From an uncultured Collinsella sp. (lineage in GTDB: Bacteria > Actinomycetota > Coriobacteriia > Coriobacteriales > Coriobacteriaceae), in assembly GCA_900548265.1 (NCBI GenBank), contig URKG01000006.1, positions 12,052 through 76,051 on the forward strand: a stretch of 64,000 nt of DNA. Direction: 5' to 3'. The translations under genes and the position numbers were made by a program. Position 1 is the first letter of the stretch. Each line of letters opens with the position of its first letter. The notes beneath the pieces were generated by a model. It was not told the origin of the DNA. It searched no databases and saw only the letters and a program-made list of their open reading frames with translations. This document shows, piece after piece, positions 21,234 to 28,911 of this stretch.

Positions 21234-21249
21234 TCGAACAAATGTTTGT
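21234..21249. promoter_or_regulatory. Putative LexA (SOS) box
   Basis: TCGAAC-AAAT-GTTTGT fits the Gram-positive GAAC-N4-GTTY consensus. Confidence 0.6.
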
Positions 21250-21351
21250 CAAAATCGCGTTTACCAGCCGTGGGTGCATACACTCGCAGTAAAATGGCTT
21301 TGCGACGCATCCCGTGCGCGGGCGGCCGACGACTCGATCGGAGGTCCCCAA

Positions 21352-21504
21352 ATGCTGAAATTCCTTAACGCGCTCGCCGCCCTCGCGGCGGTGGGCACGT
21401 TCGTCATCGCGTTTCTTGACTCGTATGAGGTTCGGTTTAAGGTCCGTAGGCGCACGCGCGGTGCGGACGGTAGAAGGCATTTGCGCCGCAACAAGCGCAA
21501 ATAA
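21352..21504 (+). CDS. 50-aa single-membrane-segment, Arg/Lys-tailed peptide; candidate type I toxin
   Basis: RBS GGAGG at 21340; MLKFLNALAALAAVGTFVIAFLDSYEVRFKVRRRTRGADGRRHLRRNKRK; hairpin at 21506-21533 directly after the stop. Confidence 0.7.
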   Translation: MLKFLNALAALAAVGTFVIAFLDSYEVRFKVRRRTRGADGRRHLRRNKRK

Positions 21505-21652
21505 GAATGCCCGGGGGTCGGATCCCGGGCATTTAACAAAAGCTGAAAACTAGGCCGCCCGCGCTCTCGTACACTTACGCGGGATGCGTCGTTTTCTATT
21601 GACATTGTATCCCGAATCGCCCCGCCGATCCGGGACATTCTGAAAACTCAAA
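21393..21652 (+). repeat. Direct repeat copy 2 (~260 bp)
   Basis: See 20912-21169. Confidence 0.92.
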
Positions 21653-21695
21653 TGCGGGCTTATGCACGAAAGGAATCTCGTCAATTCCGAAAATT

Positions 21696-22703
21696 ATGTA
21701 TAATTCCAATATAAACTGGAATCAAACGAAAATGATGGAAATGAACGAAGCGCTAATTTACTTACAAGAAGCACTAGGCCTCTCCGCCAAGGCCAAAACT
21801 TGGCCTGGATCCACACGCTTGCCGCTGCATCTGCGGGCGGTTGAGGTCCGCGCTGTTGACGCAAACGGTTTTTCGTTTTTGCTTGCAAGTTTGCCTACTG
21901 GCGTCGGGCTTCCCGAGGCTAAGAGGGTCTATAGTCAGCTAGCCTTGCGTGCGGAGACCCCTGTTGTCGTTTCGTTTCCTGATGCCGATGCACGTCAGCG
22001 CAAAGCGTTGGTCGCACAAGGGATTCCCTTTGTATGCCCAGGTAGACAGGCTTTTCTTCCATTTATGGGCACAGCCTGCACGGAGAGGGGCGGTGCCCGG
22101 TTTCGCAACCACGCGACCAAGATGTCACCCAACGCGCAGGCTGCCGCAATCTGGGGAGCAGCCCAGGAGCCATATCGCCCCTATGACCTTTGTCGTGCGC
22201 TTGGGATTTCGGCAAGCCGCGCGAGTGAGGCCATAACCGAGCTTGTTGACAGGGGGCTCGCGAGGCGCGAGCGTCGCGAGCGACGTGTCGTCGTGTTCCC
22301 TGTTGCCGTTGATCTTCTGCTCAGCGAGCACATGGCAGAGCTCTCCTCGCCTGTCTCGAAGGTCATTTTTGCAAGGAAGATGCCGCAGATCGACTATCTT
22401 GTTGATGCCGGGGAGACGGCGCTCGCTGCGCGTTCGATGCTCGCTGCGCCGGGTATGGAACAAAAGGCCGTCTTAAGAAGTGCATGGCGTCAACTGAGCG
22501 ACCTCGAAGTCGCAGACGGGGAGTTGCCGGATAACGAAACGGCGATGATCCAAGTGTGGCGCTATGCGCCCGTGTTTGCCGACTCCTCCCGCGTCGATGA
22601 CATTTCGCTTGCGCTATCTTTGGCAGCAATCGACGATGAGCGAATTCAGCTCGAAGTCGATCGCATGTTTGGAAAGGAATATCCATGGCAAGAAGCGCTG
22701 TAG
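21696..22703 (+). CDS. MarR-like HTH protein resembling type IV (AbiEi-like) antitoxins; start probably at 21732-21741
   Basis: RKALVAQGIPFVCPGRQAFLPFMG, central HTH LGISASRASEAITELVDRGL, AGETALAARSML, C-terminal VDDISLALSL..DDERIQ. Confidence 0.65.
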   Translation: MYNSNINWNQTKMMEMNEALIYLQEALGLSAKAKTWPGSTRLPLHLRAVEVRAVDANGFSFLLASLPTGVGLPEAKRVYSQLALRAETPVVVSFPDADARQRKALVAQGIPFVCPGRQAFLPFMGTACTERGGARFRNHATKMSPNAQAAAIWGAAQEPYRPYDLCRALGISASRASEAITELVDRGLARRERRERRVVVFPVAVDLLLSEHMAELSSPVSKVIFARKMPQIDYLVDAGETALAARSMLAAPGMEQKAVLRSAWRQLSDLEVADGELPDNETAMIQVWRYAPVFADSSRVDDISLALSLAAIDDERIQLEVDRMFGKEYPWQEAL

Positions 22704-22729
22704 AAGGTCTCCAAGAATTCGGACCGTAG
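22685..22729 (+). pseudogene. 14-codon stub (MARSAVEGLQEFGP), possible remnant of the partner nucleotidyltransferase gene
   Basis: Strong RBS AAAGGAA, ATG overlapping the upstream gene end, early TAG. Confidence 0.4.
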
Positions 22730-22846
22730 GCGGCGTTTCGGTCCTAGCTGCGTTGTCCGGCGTGGAAGCTCGCTAATCGGCTATTATTTGTTTAGACAAC
22801 CTGAGCTGTAGAGGAGTGACCGGCGATGGTGCAGGGCGCCAAACAT

Positions 22847-23764
22847 ATGAAGAGCAATAACGCCGCGGCCAACGGCGGCTCAAGCCCTCAGCCCAAACCT
22901 CAACCAAAGTCCAAGCGCCGTCGCAAGCGGCTGCCGCGCTGGGCCGACCGGCTCATCACCATCGTCATCATCCTTATTGGCGTGGGCCTTATGACCTGGC
23001 CTTGGATCTTGGACCGGCTCGAAGCCTCGGGCGTGTTCAACCAGATCAGCACAGTGTCCAGCACCGTGGACGCGCTGTCTGCCGAGGAGCGCGAGCGCAT
23101 CCTGCTCCAGGCGCGCTCCTTTAACGAGCAACTGGCGGGCGAGGCCACCGAGCTCCCCGCCGACCAGATCGAGCCCTACGCTCAGCAGCTCATCTTTGAC
23201 CGCGACCCCATGATGAGCTGGGTCGAAATCCCCTCCATCGACGTGAGCATGCCTATCTACCACGGCACGAGCGAGGAGGTCCTCATGGCGGGCGTCGGCC
23301 ACCTGGAGGGCACGAGCCTGCCGGTGGGCGGCACCTCGACGCATTGCGTGCTCACCGCACACTCGGGCATGCGCAACCTGAGCATGTTCGACGACATCCA
23401 CTCGCTGGAGCCCGGCGACCTGGTGCTGCTGCACACCATGAACAAGACGCTCGCCTACAAGATGGTGGACTCCGAGGTGGTGCTGCCCGAGGAGATGGAG
23501 TCGCTGACCATCGAGCCCGGCGCCGACAAAGTGACGCTCGTTACCTGCACGCCCTACGGCGTGAACGACCATCGCCTGCTGGTGCATTGCGTGCGCACCA
23601 AGTACAACAAGAAGGACGTCGACAAGCAAAAGTCACTGGCCGGCCGCCACTGGGGCAAGCGCGAGTTTGCCGTGCTCATCGTGGTCGTTGCCATTGTGCT
23701 GTTGCTGCTGGACATCGTGATCCACGCGGTCCGCAAGCGCCGCAAGGCCAAGGCCTCGGCATAA
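22847..23764 (+). CDS. srtC: Class C (pilus-specific) sortase
   Basis: MPIYHGT..GVGHLEGTSLPVGG..TAHSG..TLVTCTPYGVNDHRLLV; N- and C-terminal membrane segments. Confidence 0.95.
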   Translation: MKSNNAAANGGSSPQPKPQPKSKRRRKRLPRWADRLITIVIILIGVGLMTWPWILDRLEASGVFNQISTVSSTVDALSAEERERILLQARSFNEQLAGEATELPADQIEPYAQQLIFDRDPMMSWVEIPSIDVSMPIYHGTSEEVLMAGVGHLEGTSLPVGGTSTHCVLTAHSGMRNLSMFDDIHSLEPGDLVLLHTMNKTLAYKMVDSEVVLPEEMESLTIEPGADKVTLVTCTPYGVNDHRLLVHCVRTKYNKKDVDKQKSLAGRHWGKREFAVLIVVVAIVLLLLDIVIHAVRKRRKAKASA

Positions 23765-23777
23765 GACATCGTTCAGA

Positions 23778-23812
23778 ACCACCACAATGGGGACAGGCAC
23801 CTTTGTGGTGGT
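23778..23812 (+). repeat. Palindrome family B, copy 4
   Basis: ACCACCACAATG-GGGACAGGCAC-CTTTGTGGTGGT. Confidence 0.88.
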
Positions 23813-23822
23813 CGGGGCTTCC

Positions 23823-23887
23823 AAACCATCACAACATTCGATGATAATCTCGATTTTGACGAAAAGCGTCGAATGTTGTGATGGTTT
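23823..23887. repeat. Palindrome family A, copy 4 (solo, oriented like copy 3)
   Basis: Same 19-bp arms, 27-bp loop. Confidence 0.95.
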
Positions 23888-24068
23888 GCGTTTCGGGCGG
23901 GACGGTTTTCGCTATGGACGGTGCGGTTTCGCTGCAGAACCGCCAGCCCGCCGCCTGCCAGCCCGCCGCCCCCGTTACGTTTTCGCTGCATTTAGGTAAA
24001 GCACCTGCTCCAAGCGGCGTTGCCTTGTATACTAGAGCGGTTTAACTGTTATGCGGAAGGGAGCGCCT

Positions 24069-24380
24069 ATGGCACTCAGCGAGAAAGACGTGCGCGGCAT
24101 CGCCGAGTACGCAAAGATCGCACTGACCGATGACGAGCTCACCCAGATGACGTCCTACCTGAACGACGCCGTCCAGATGCTCGAGCCCGTCTTGCAATAT
24201 GACTTGCCCGACGTGGAGCCCACGTTCCATCCCATCGGAAGCCTGTCCAACGTGATGGGCGACGACCAGCGCGAGCCCGAGCGCGACCTGCCGCTCGACG
24301 TGGCGCTCGAAAACGCCGGCAGCGCGCGCGACCGCTACTTCCGCGTGCCGTCCATTTTGGGAGAGGGGGTGAGCGAGTAA
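24069..24380 (+). CDS. gatC: Asp/Glu-tRNA amidotransferase subunit C
   Basis: DVRGIAEYAKIAL..DVEPTFHP..NV..D..ALENA..YFRVPSIL; directly upstream of gatA. Confidence 0.93.
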   Translation: MALSEKDVRGIAEYAKIALTDDELTQMTSYLNDAVQMLEPVLQYDLPDVEPTFHPIGSLSNVMGDDQREPERDLPLDVALENAGSARDRYFRVPSILGEGVSE

Positions 24381-25894
24381 TGGCGCTAAGCTTCGATTCC
24401 CTTACCGCTGCTCAGATCGCCGCAGGCGTTGCCGCCGGTGACTTTACCGCTACCGAGGTGGCCCGGGCCTCCCTTGCCGCCATCGAGGCGCGCGAGGGCG
24501 GGGTCCAGGCATTCCTGCAGGTGGCGCCCGAGCTTGCGCTCGAGGCCGCTGCGCGCGTGGATGCCGACCGTGCCGCCGGAAAGCCGCTGCCCCCGCTCGC
24601 GGGCGTGCCGCTGGCCATCAAGGACAACATGAACCTCGTGGGCACGCGCACCACCTGCGCTTCCCGCATGCTCGAGAACTACCAGAGCGTCTACACCGCT
24701 ACCTGCGTCCAGCGGATGCTCGATGCCGGCTGCCTGCCCATGGGCAAGGCCAACATGGACGAGTTTGCCTTTGGCAGCTCCACCGAGAGCTCGGCGTTCC
24801 ACCGCACCAACAACCCCTGGGATACCGAGCGCGTGCCCGGCGGCTCTTCGGGCGGTTCCGCTGCCGCCGTCGCCGCGGGCGAGGTCGCGCTCTCGCTGGG
24901 CTCGGACACCGGTGGCTCCATTCGCCAGCCGGCGTCGCTGTGCGGCGTGGTGGGCTTTAAGCCCACGTATGGCGCCGTGAGCCGTTACGGCGTGGTTGCC
25001 TTTGGCTCGTCGCTCGACCAGGTGGGCCCCTTTGGCCGTACGGTCGAGGATGTCGCGCTGGCCATGAACGCGCTTACCGGCGCGGGCCACGATCCGTACG
25101 ACTGCACCAGTCAGGATTGCGCCGTCGACTTTACCGAGCATCTTAACGACAGCATCGAGGGCAAGCGCGTGGGCATCATCCCTGCGTTTATGGAGGCCGA
25201 GGGCCTGACGCCCGAGGTCAAGGCCGCTGTTCAGCGCGCCGCCCAGGAGCTGCAGAACCAGGGCGCCGAGCTGGTCGAGGTCGACCTGCCGCACCTGGAT
25301 GCCGCCATCGCCGCCTACTACGTCATCGGCCCGGCCGAGGCGTTCTCCAACCTGGCACGTTTCGACGGCATTCGCTATGGCTACCAGGAGGAGGGCTGCG
25401 CCAACCTGTCCGACCAGAGCTCGCTTTCGCGCGCCCACGGCTTTGGTGCCGAGGCCAAGCGCCGTCAGATGCTCGGCGCCTACCTGCTGAGCTCGGGCGT
25501 GTACGACAAGTACTACTACGCTGCGCAAAAGGCCCGCACGCTCATCACGCAGGACTACGACGCCGCGTATGCCAAGGTTGACACCATCCTCATGCCCGCC
25601 TCGCCGCGCACGGCCTTTAAGTTTGGCGAGATCAGCGGCCCCACGCAGATGTACCTCTCCGACCTGTACACCATTTCGCTCAACATTTGCGGCAACGGTG
25701 GCATCTCGGTGCCACTGGGCCTGGGCGAGGATACTCAGCTGCCCGTTTCTGCCCAGCTGGTTGGTCCGGCCTTTAAGGACCGTCAGCTGCTCACGTTTGC
25801 CCGCGCCCTGGAGCGCGGCTTTGCCGATGCCGCCACGGGTGCGCCCGCGCTTTCCGTCGCGCCCGATTTTGCCGGGAAGGGAGGCGAGCTGTAA
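24380..25894 (+). CDS. gatA: Asp/Glu-tRNA amidotransferase subunit A
   Basis: Amidase signature GVPLAIKDN, GGSSGGSAAAVAAG, GSDTGGSIRQPA; SNLARFDGIRYG. Confidence 0.97.
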   Translation: MALSFDSLTAAQIAAGVAAGDFTATEVARASLAAIEAREGGVQAFLQVAPELALEAAARVDADRAAGKPLPPLAGVPLAIKDNMNLVGTRTTCASRMLENYQSVYTATCVQRMLDAGCLPMGKANMDEFAFGSSTESSAFHRTNNPWDTERVPGGSSGGSAAAVAAGEVALSLGSDTGGSIRQPASLCGVVGFKPTYGAVSRYGVVAFGSSLDQVGPFGRTVEDVALAMNALTGAGHDPYDCTSQDCAVDFTEHLNDSIEGKRVGIIPAFMEAEGLTPEVKAAVQRAAQELQNQGAELVEVDLPHLDAAIAAYYVIGPAEAFSNLARFDGIRYGYQEEGCANLSDQSSLSRAHGFGAEAKRRQMLGAYLLSSGVYDKYYYAAQKARTLITQDYDAAYAKVDTILMPASPRTAFKFGEISGPTQMYLSDLYTISLNICGNGGISVPLGLGEDTQLPVSAQLVGPAFKDRQLLTFARALERGFADAATGAPALSVAPDFAGKGGEL

Positions 25895-27570
25895 TGAAGG
25901 AGCTTTCCGAGGTCCTGCAGGATTGGGAGGCCGTGATCGGCCTGGAGATCCATACCGAGCTCACCGCACTCGATACCAAGATGTTCTGCAACTGCAAACT
26001 CAGCCACGATGACGAGCCCAACGCCAACGTGTGCCCGGTGTGCCTGGGCCTGCCCGGCGCCCTGCCGGTGCCCAACAAGCGCGCCATCGAGAGCATCGTC
26101 AAGGCGGGTCTTGCCACCAACTGCGAGATCCAGCGCCACTCGATGTTCTACCGCAAGCACTACTTCTATCCCGATATGGCCAAGAACTTCCAGACCACGC
26201 AAGGTCCGGTCGCCTTTGCCATGTACGGTCACCTTGATCTGGATGTGACCGGTCGCGGTGCCGCCGAGCGCCCCGACTGCGCGTTTGGCGAGGCCGAGGC
26301 CCAGAGCCTGGCGAGCGCCTCGGCCAACGCCGAGGGCCTGTCTACGTCCATGACGTCGACCATGCGCGAGGGCAATCAGCGTGCCGGCCATCTGGCCAGC
26401 TATGACGCGTCCAACCTGCAGATGCCCGAGCGTCGCGAGGACGGTTCCTACACGGTGCCCATCCGCATCCTGCGCATCCACATGGAGGAGGACGCCGCCA
26501 AGATGGTCCACGTGGGCGGCGCCGAGGGCCGCATTACCGCCGCGGCTGAGTCGCTCGTCGACTACAACCGCTGCGGCACGCCTTTGATTGAGCTCGTGAC
26601 TGAGCCCGATCTGCGCACGCCCGAGGAAGCGCGCCTGTTTATGGAAAAGCTCCGTCGCATCTTTGTGACGCTGGGTATTTCGGACTGCTCCATGGAGAAG
26701 GGCTCCATGCGCTGCGACGGCAACGTGTCGCTGCGCCGCCGCGGCGAGACCAAGCTGGGCACCAAGACCGAGCTCAAGAACCTCAACTCGTTTAAGAGCC
26801 TGCACGATGGCCTTGCCTACGAGATTTGCCGTCAGGCCGAGGTGCTCGAGGAGGGCGGCATCATCTATCAGGAGACCCGCCACTGGGAGCCCAGCCGCAA
26901 GCGCACCGTGGTCATGCGTGTGAAGGAAACGGCCGACGACTATCGTCTGTTCCCCGATCCCGACCTGGCGCCGTTCGATCTGGACGACGAGTTCATCGAC
27001 CGCTGCCGTGGCGAGATCCCCGAGCTGCCCGATGCCAAGCGCGCTCGTTTTGAGGCCGACTTTGGCATTAAGGCGGCCGACGCCGAGCAGATTGCCGGCG
27101 ACCCCGAGTTTGCCGAGTTCTTTGAGGCCGCTGCTGCCGGTATGGCCGGCAAGGAGGCCCAGACGGTTGCAAACCTGCTGGTGAACGAGATGATCGCCTA
27201 CCTTAAGGGTGCGGGTGTCTCGCTGACCGAGTCCGGTATTGCGCCGGCTCAGGTGGCAGCGCTTGCCAAGCTGCTGGCGACCGATGCCATCAGTTCCAAC
27301 CAGGCTCACGAGGTCTTTGAGGCCATGGCCCAGACCGGCGACGATCCCAACAAGATCGTCGACGAGCGCGGTATGCGTCAGGTGAGCGATGCCGGTGCGC
27401 TGCAGCCGATTGTGGACGAGGTGCTGGCAAACTGTGCCGATCAGGCGCAGCAGTATCGTGACGGCAACCAGAAGGTCATCGGCTTTTTGGTGGGCCAGTG
27501 CATGAAGGCGAGCCGCGGCAAGGGCAACCCGAAGCTCTTCAACGAGTTGCTGAGAACGTCGCTCTCGTAA
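25894..27570 (+). CDS. gatB: Asp/Glu-tRNA amidotransferase subunit B
   Basis: VIGLEIH, CPVCLGLPGALP, RKHYFYPD, HMEED, DYNRCGTPLIELVTEP, ELKNLNSF. Confidence 0.97.
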   Translation: MKELSEVLQDWEAVIGLEIHTELTALDTKMFCNCKLSHDDEPNANVCPVCLGLPGALPVPNKRAIESIVKAGLATNCEIQRHSMFYRKHYFYPDMAKNFQTTQGPVAFAMYGHLDLDVTGRGAAERPDCAFGEAEAQSLASASANAEGLSTSMTSTMREGNQRAGHLASYDASNLQMPERREDGSYTVPIRILRIHMEEDAAKMVHVGGAEGRITAAAESLVDYNRCGTPLIELVTEPDLRTPEEARLFMEKLRRIFVTLGISDCSMEKGSMRCDGNVSLRRRGETKLGTKTELKNLNSFKSLHDGLAYEICRQAEVLEEGGIIYQETRHWEPSRKRTVVMRVKETADDYRLFPDPDLAPFDLDDEFIDRCRGEIPELPDAKRARFEADFGIKAADAEQIAGDPEFAEFFEAAAAGMAGKEAQTVANLLVNEMIAYLKGAGVSLTESGIAPAQVAALAKLLATDAISSNQAHEVFEAMAQTGDDPNKIVDERGMRQVSDAGALQPIVDEVLANCADQAQQYRDGNQKVIGFLVGQCMKASRGKGNPKLFNELLRTSLS

Positions 27571-27718
27571 GCGGGAACTCGGGAGCCCCGGCAGGGCGGG
27601 TGCTTCCTCAAAATTTCGAACAGTCCTGCGCAAGACGAAGGCCACATTAAGTGGCCTTCTTTGCGTGCGGAACTCATTTTGAGCAAACACCCGCCCTGCC
27701 GGGGCTCCCGGGTTCTGC
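27571..27718 (+). repeat. Long hairpin element, family D copy 1 (REPIN/MITE-like)
   Basis: Outer arms GGGAGCCCCGGCAGGGCGGGTG / CACCCGCCCTGCCGGGGCTCCC; asymmetric core ACAGTCCTG..CACATTAAGTG..GTGCGGAACTC. Confidence 0.88.
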
Positions 27719-27792
27719 AACGACTCGGCCGTTCGGGTCAGGTGGGCTGAATGGAATAGAGTGAATGAGGGCGCCGATGGCGCCCTCATTCT

Positions 27793-28797
27793 TTATATAT
27801 GTTGGGAGCGCCAGGTGGTGGGGGTGGTGCCGGTGTGTTGCTTGAAGGCTTGGGCGAAGGCGGCCTGTTGAGGGTAGCCTAGACGCTCTGCCACCTGCGC
27901 TATTGTGAGCGCGCTATCGGCCAAAAGGTCCTTTGCTCGCTCCATACGGCGTCTGCGAATGTAGGTGCCCAGGGACTCGCCAGTTTGGGCCTTAAAGGTG
28001 GCGCATAGTTTGGAGCGGCTTGTGTAGAGCCTCTCGGCCACCTCGTTGATACCCACACGTCTGCCTTTGTCGAGCGCGCGCTCAATCATTGCCGTTGCTT
28101 CTTCGGCAATGGTTATGCTGACGCGTGTGTCTGCCGCCTGCCGCGCCTGCTTGTGGGCCGCGCGCGAACAGGCGAGCTCCGCGACCATGGTCTCCACGAT
28201 GCCCTGCATATAGACGTGTCCGCCTACGGTGCGAGCGCGGTCCTCGTTAACCCGGCGCAGCGTGTGGCAGATGGCAGACGTCGCTTCCTCGTGCCATGGC
28301 TCGGCAAACGCCTCAAAGATTCCCGCGAACTCGGTGGGATAGCGGTGCTCCAGTTCGTCAAAATATCCAGGCAAAAAGAGCACCGAGCGCGAGTGATAGA
28401 GCTCCCCCGCAAACAGCGGGCTTAATTCCTCGCCACAGTTATCTTGGATAAAGCTGCAAACGGCATTGTTTGGCCACGGTCCATGCAATGGTTTGAGGTT
28501 CGCGGGCGTTATGCCAGCCTCGGGCATGCATGTAAGTGTGGGCGCGCTGACCTCGCTCACGCAGGCATATGGCTCGGGTGTGTATTCGGCCAGGTACATA
28601 TCGTGCGTCGGGGTGATGAAATGCTCCATGACGATGCAGGCAGGGGAGAGGGGCATGATCCATGCGCGTCCGTGCGCCCGATCGTTTGCCACCTCGCCGG
28701 TGAAGACAGCGCCCTTGCCGGAAAGCTCCAGGCCAAACTGCTCAAACTGTGGTGCGTAGAGCTCGGTTATGTCGGTCGCTGCCCGCCGTATTTGCAA
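27793..28797 (-). CDS. AraC-family transcriptional regulator
   Basis: C-terminal double HTH EVAERLYTSRSKLCATFK..GESLGTYIRRRRME..VAERLGY..FAQAFKQHTGTTP; divergent from the ABC pair. Confidence 0.92.
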   Translation of the reverse strand: MQIRRAATDITELYAPQFEQFGLELSGKGAVFTGEVANDRAHGRAWIMPLSPACIVMEHFITPTHDMYLAEYTPEPYACVSEVSAPTLTCMPEAGITPANLKPLHGPWPNNAVCSFIQDNCGEELSPLFAGELYHSRSVLFLPGYFDELEHRYPTEFAGIFEAFAEPWHEEATSAICHTLRRVNEDRARTVGGHVYMQGIVETMVAELACSRAAHKQARQAADTRVSITIAEEATAMIERALDKGRRVGINEVAERLYTSRSKLCATFKAQTGESLGTYIRRRRMERAKDLLADSALTIAQVAERLGYPQQAAFAQAFKQHTGTTPTTWRSQHI

Positions 28798-28911
28798 AAG
28801 CGTCCCTTTCCTTTGCAGAAACGTCCACGCCTGGCTTGATTGTGAGCCATGGCTAACACATCAATGATAAGTTCATTACGGTTAACTCTCAAGCCGTTAG
28901 AAAGGAATCTC

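Noticed and set aside
26245..26457. Intein in gatB
   Set aside because: Too short and lacks the N-terminal Cys/Ser block and the C-terminal His-Asn followed by Cys/Ser/Thr.
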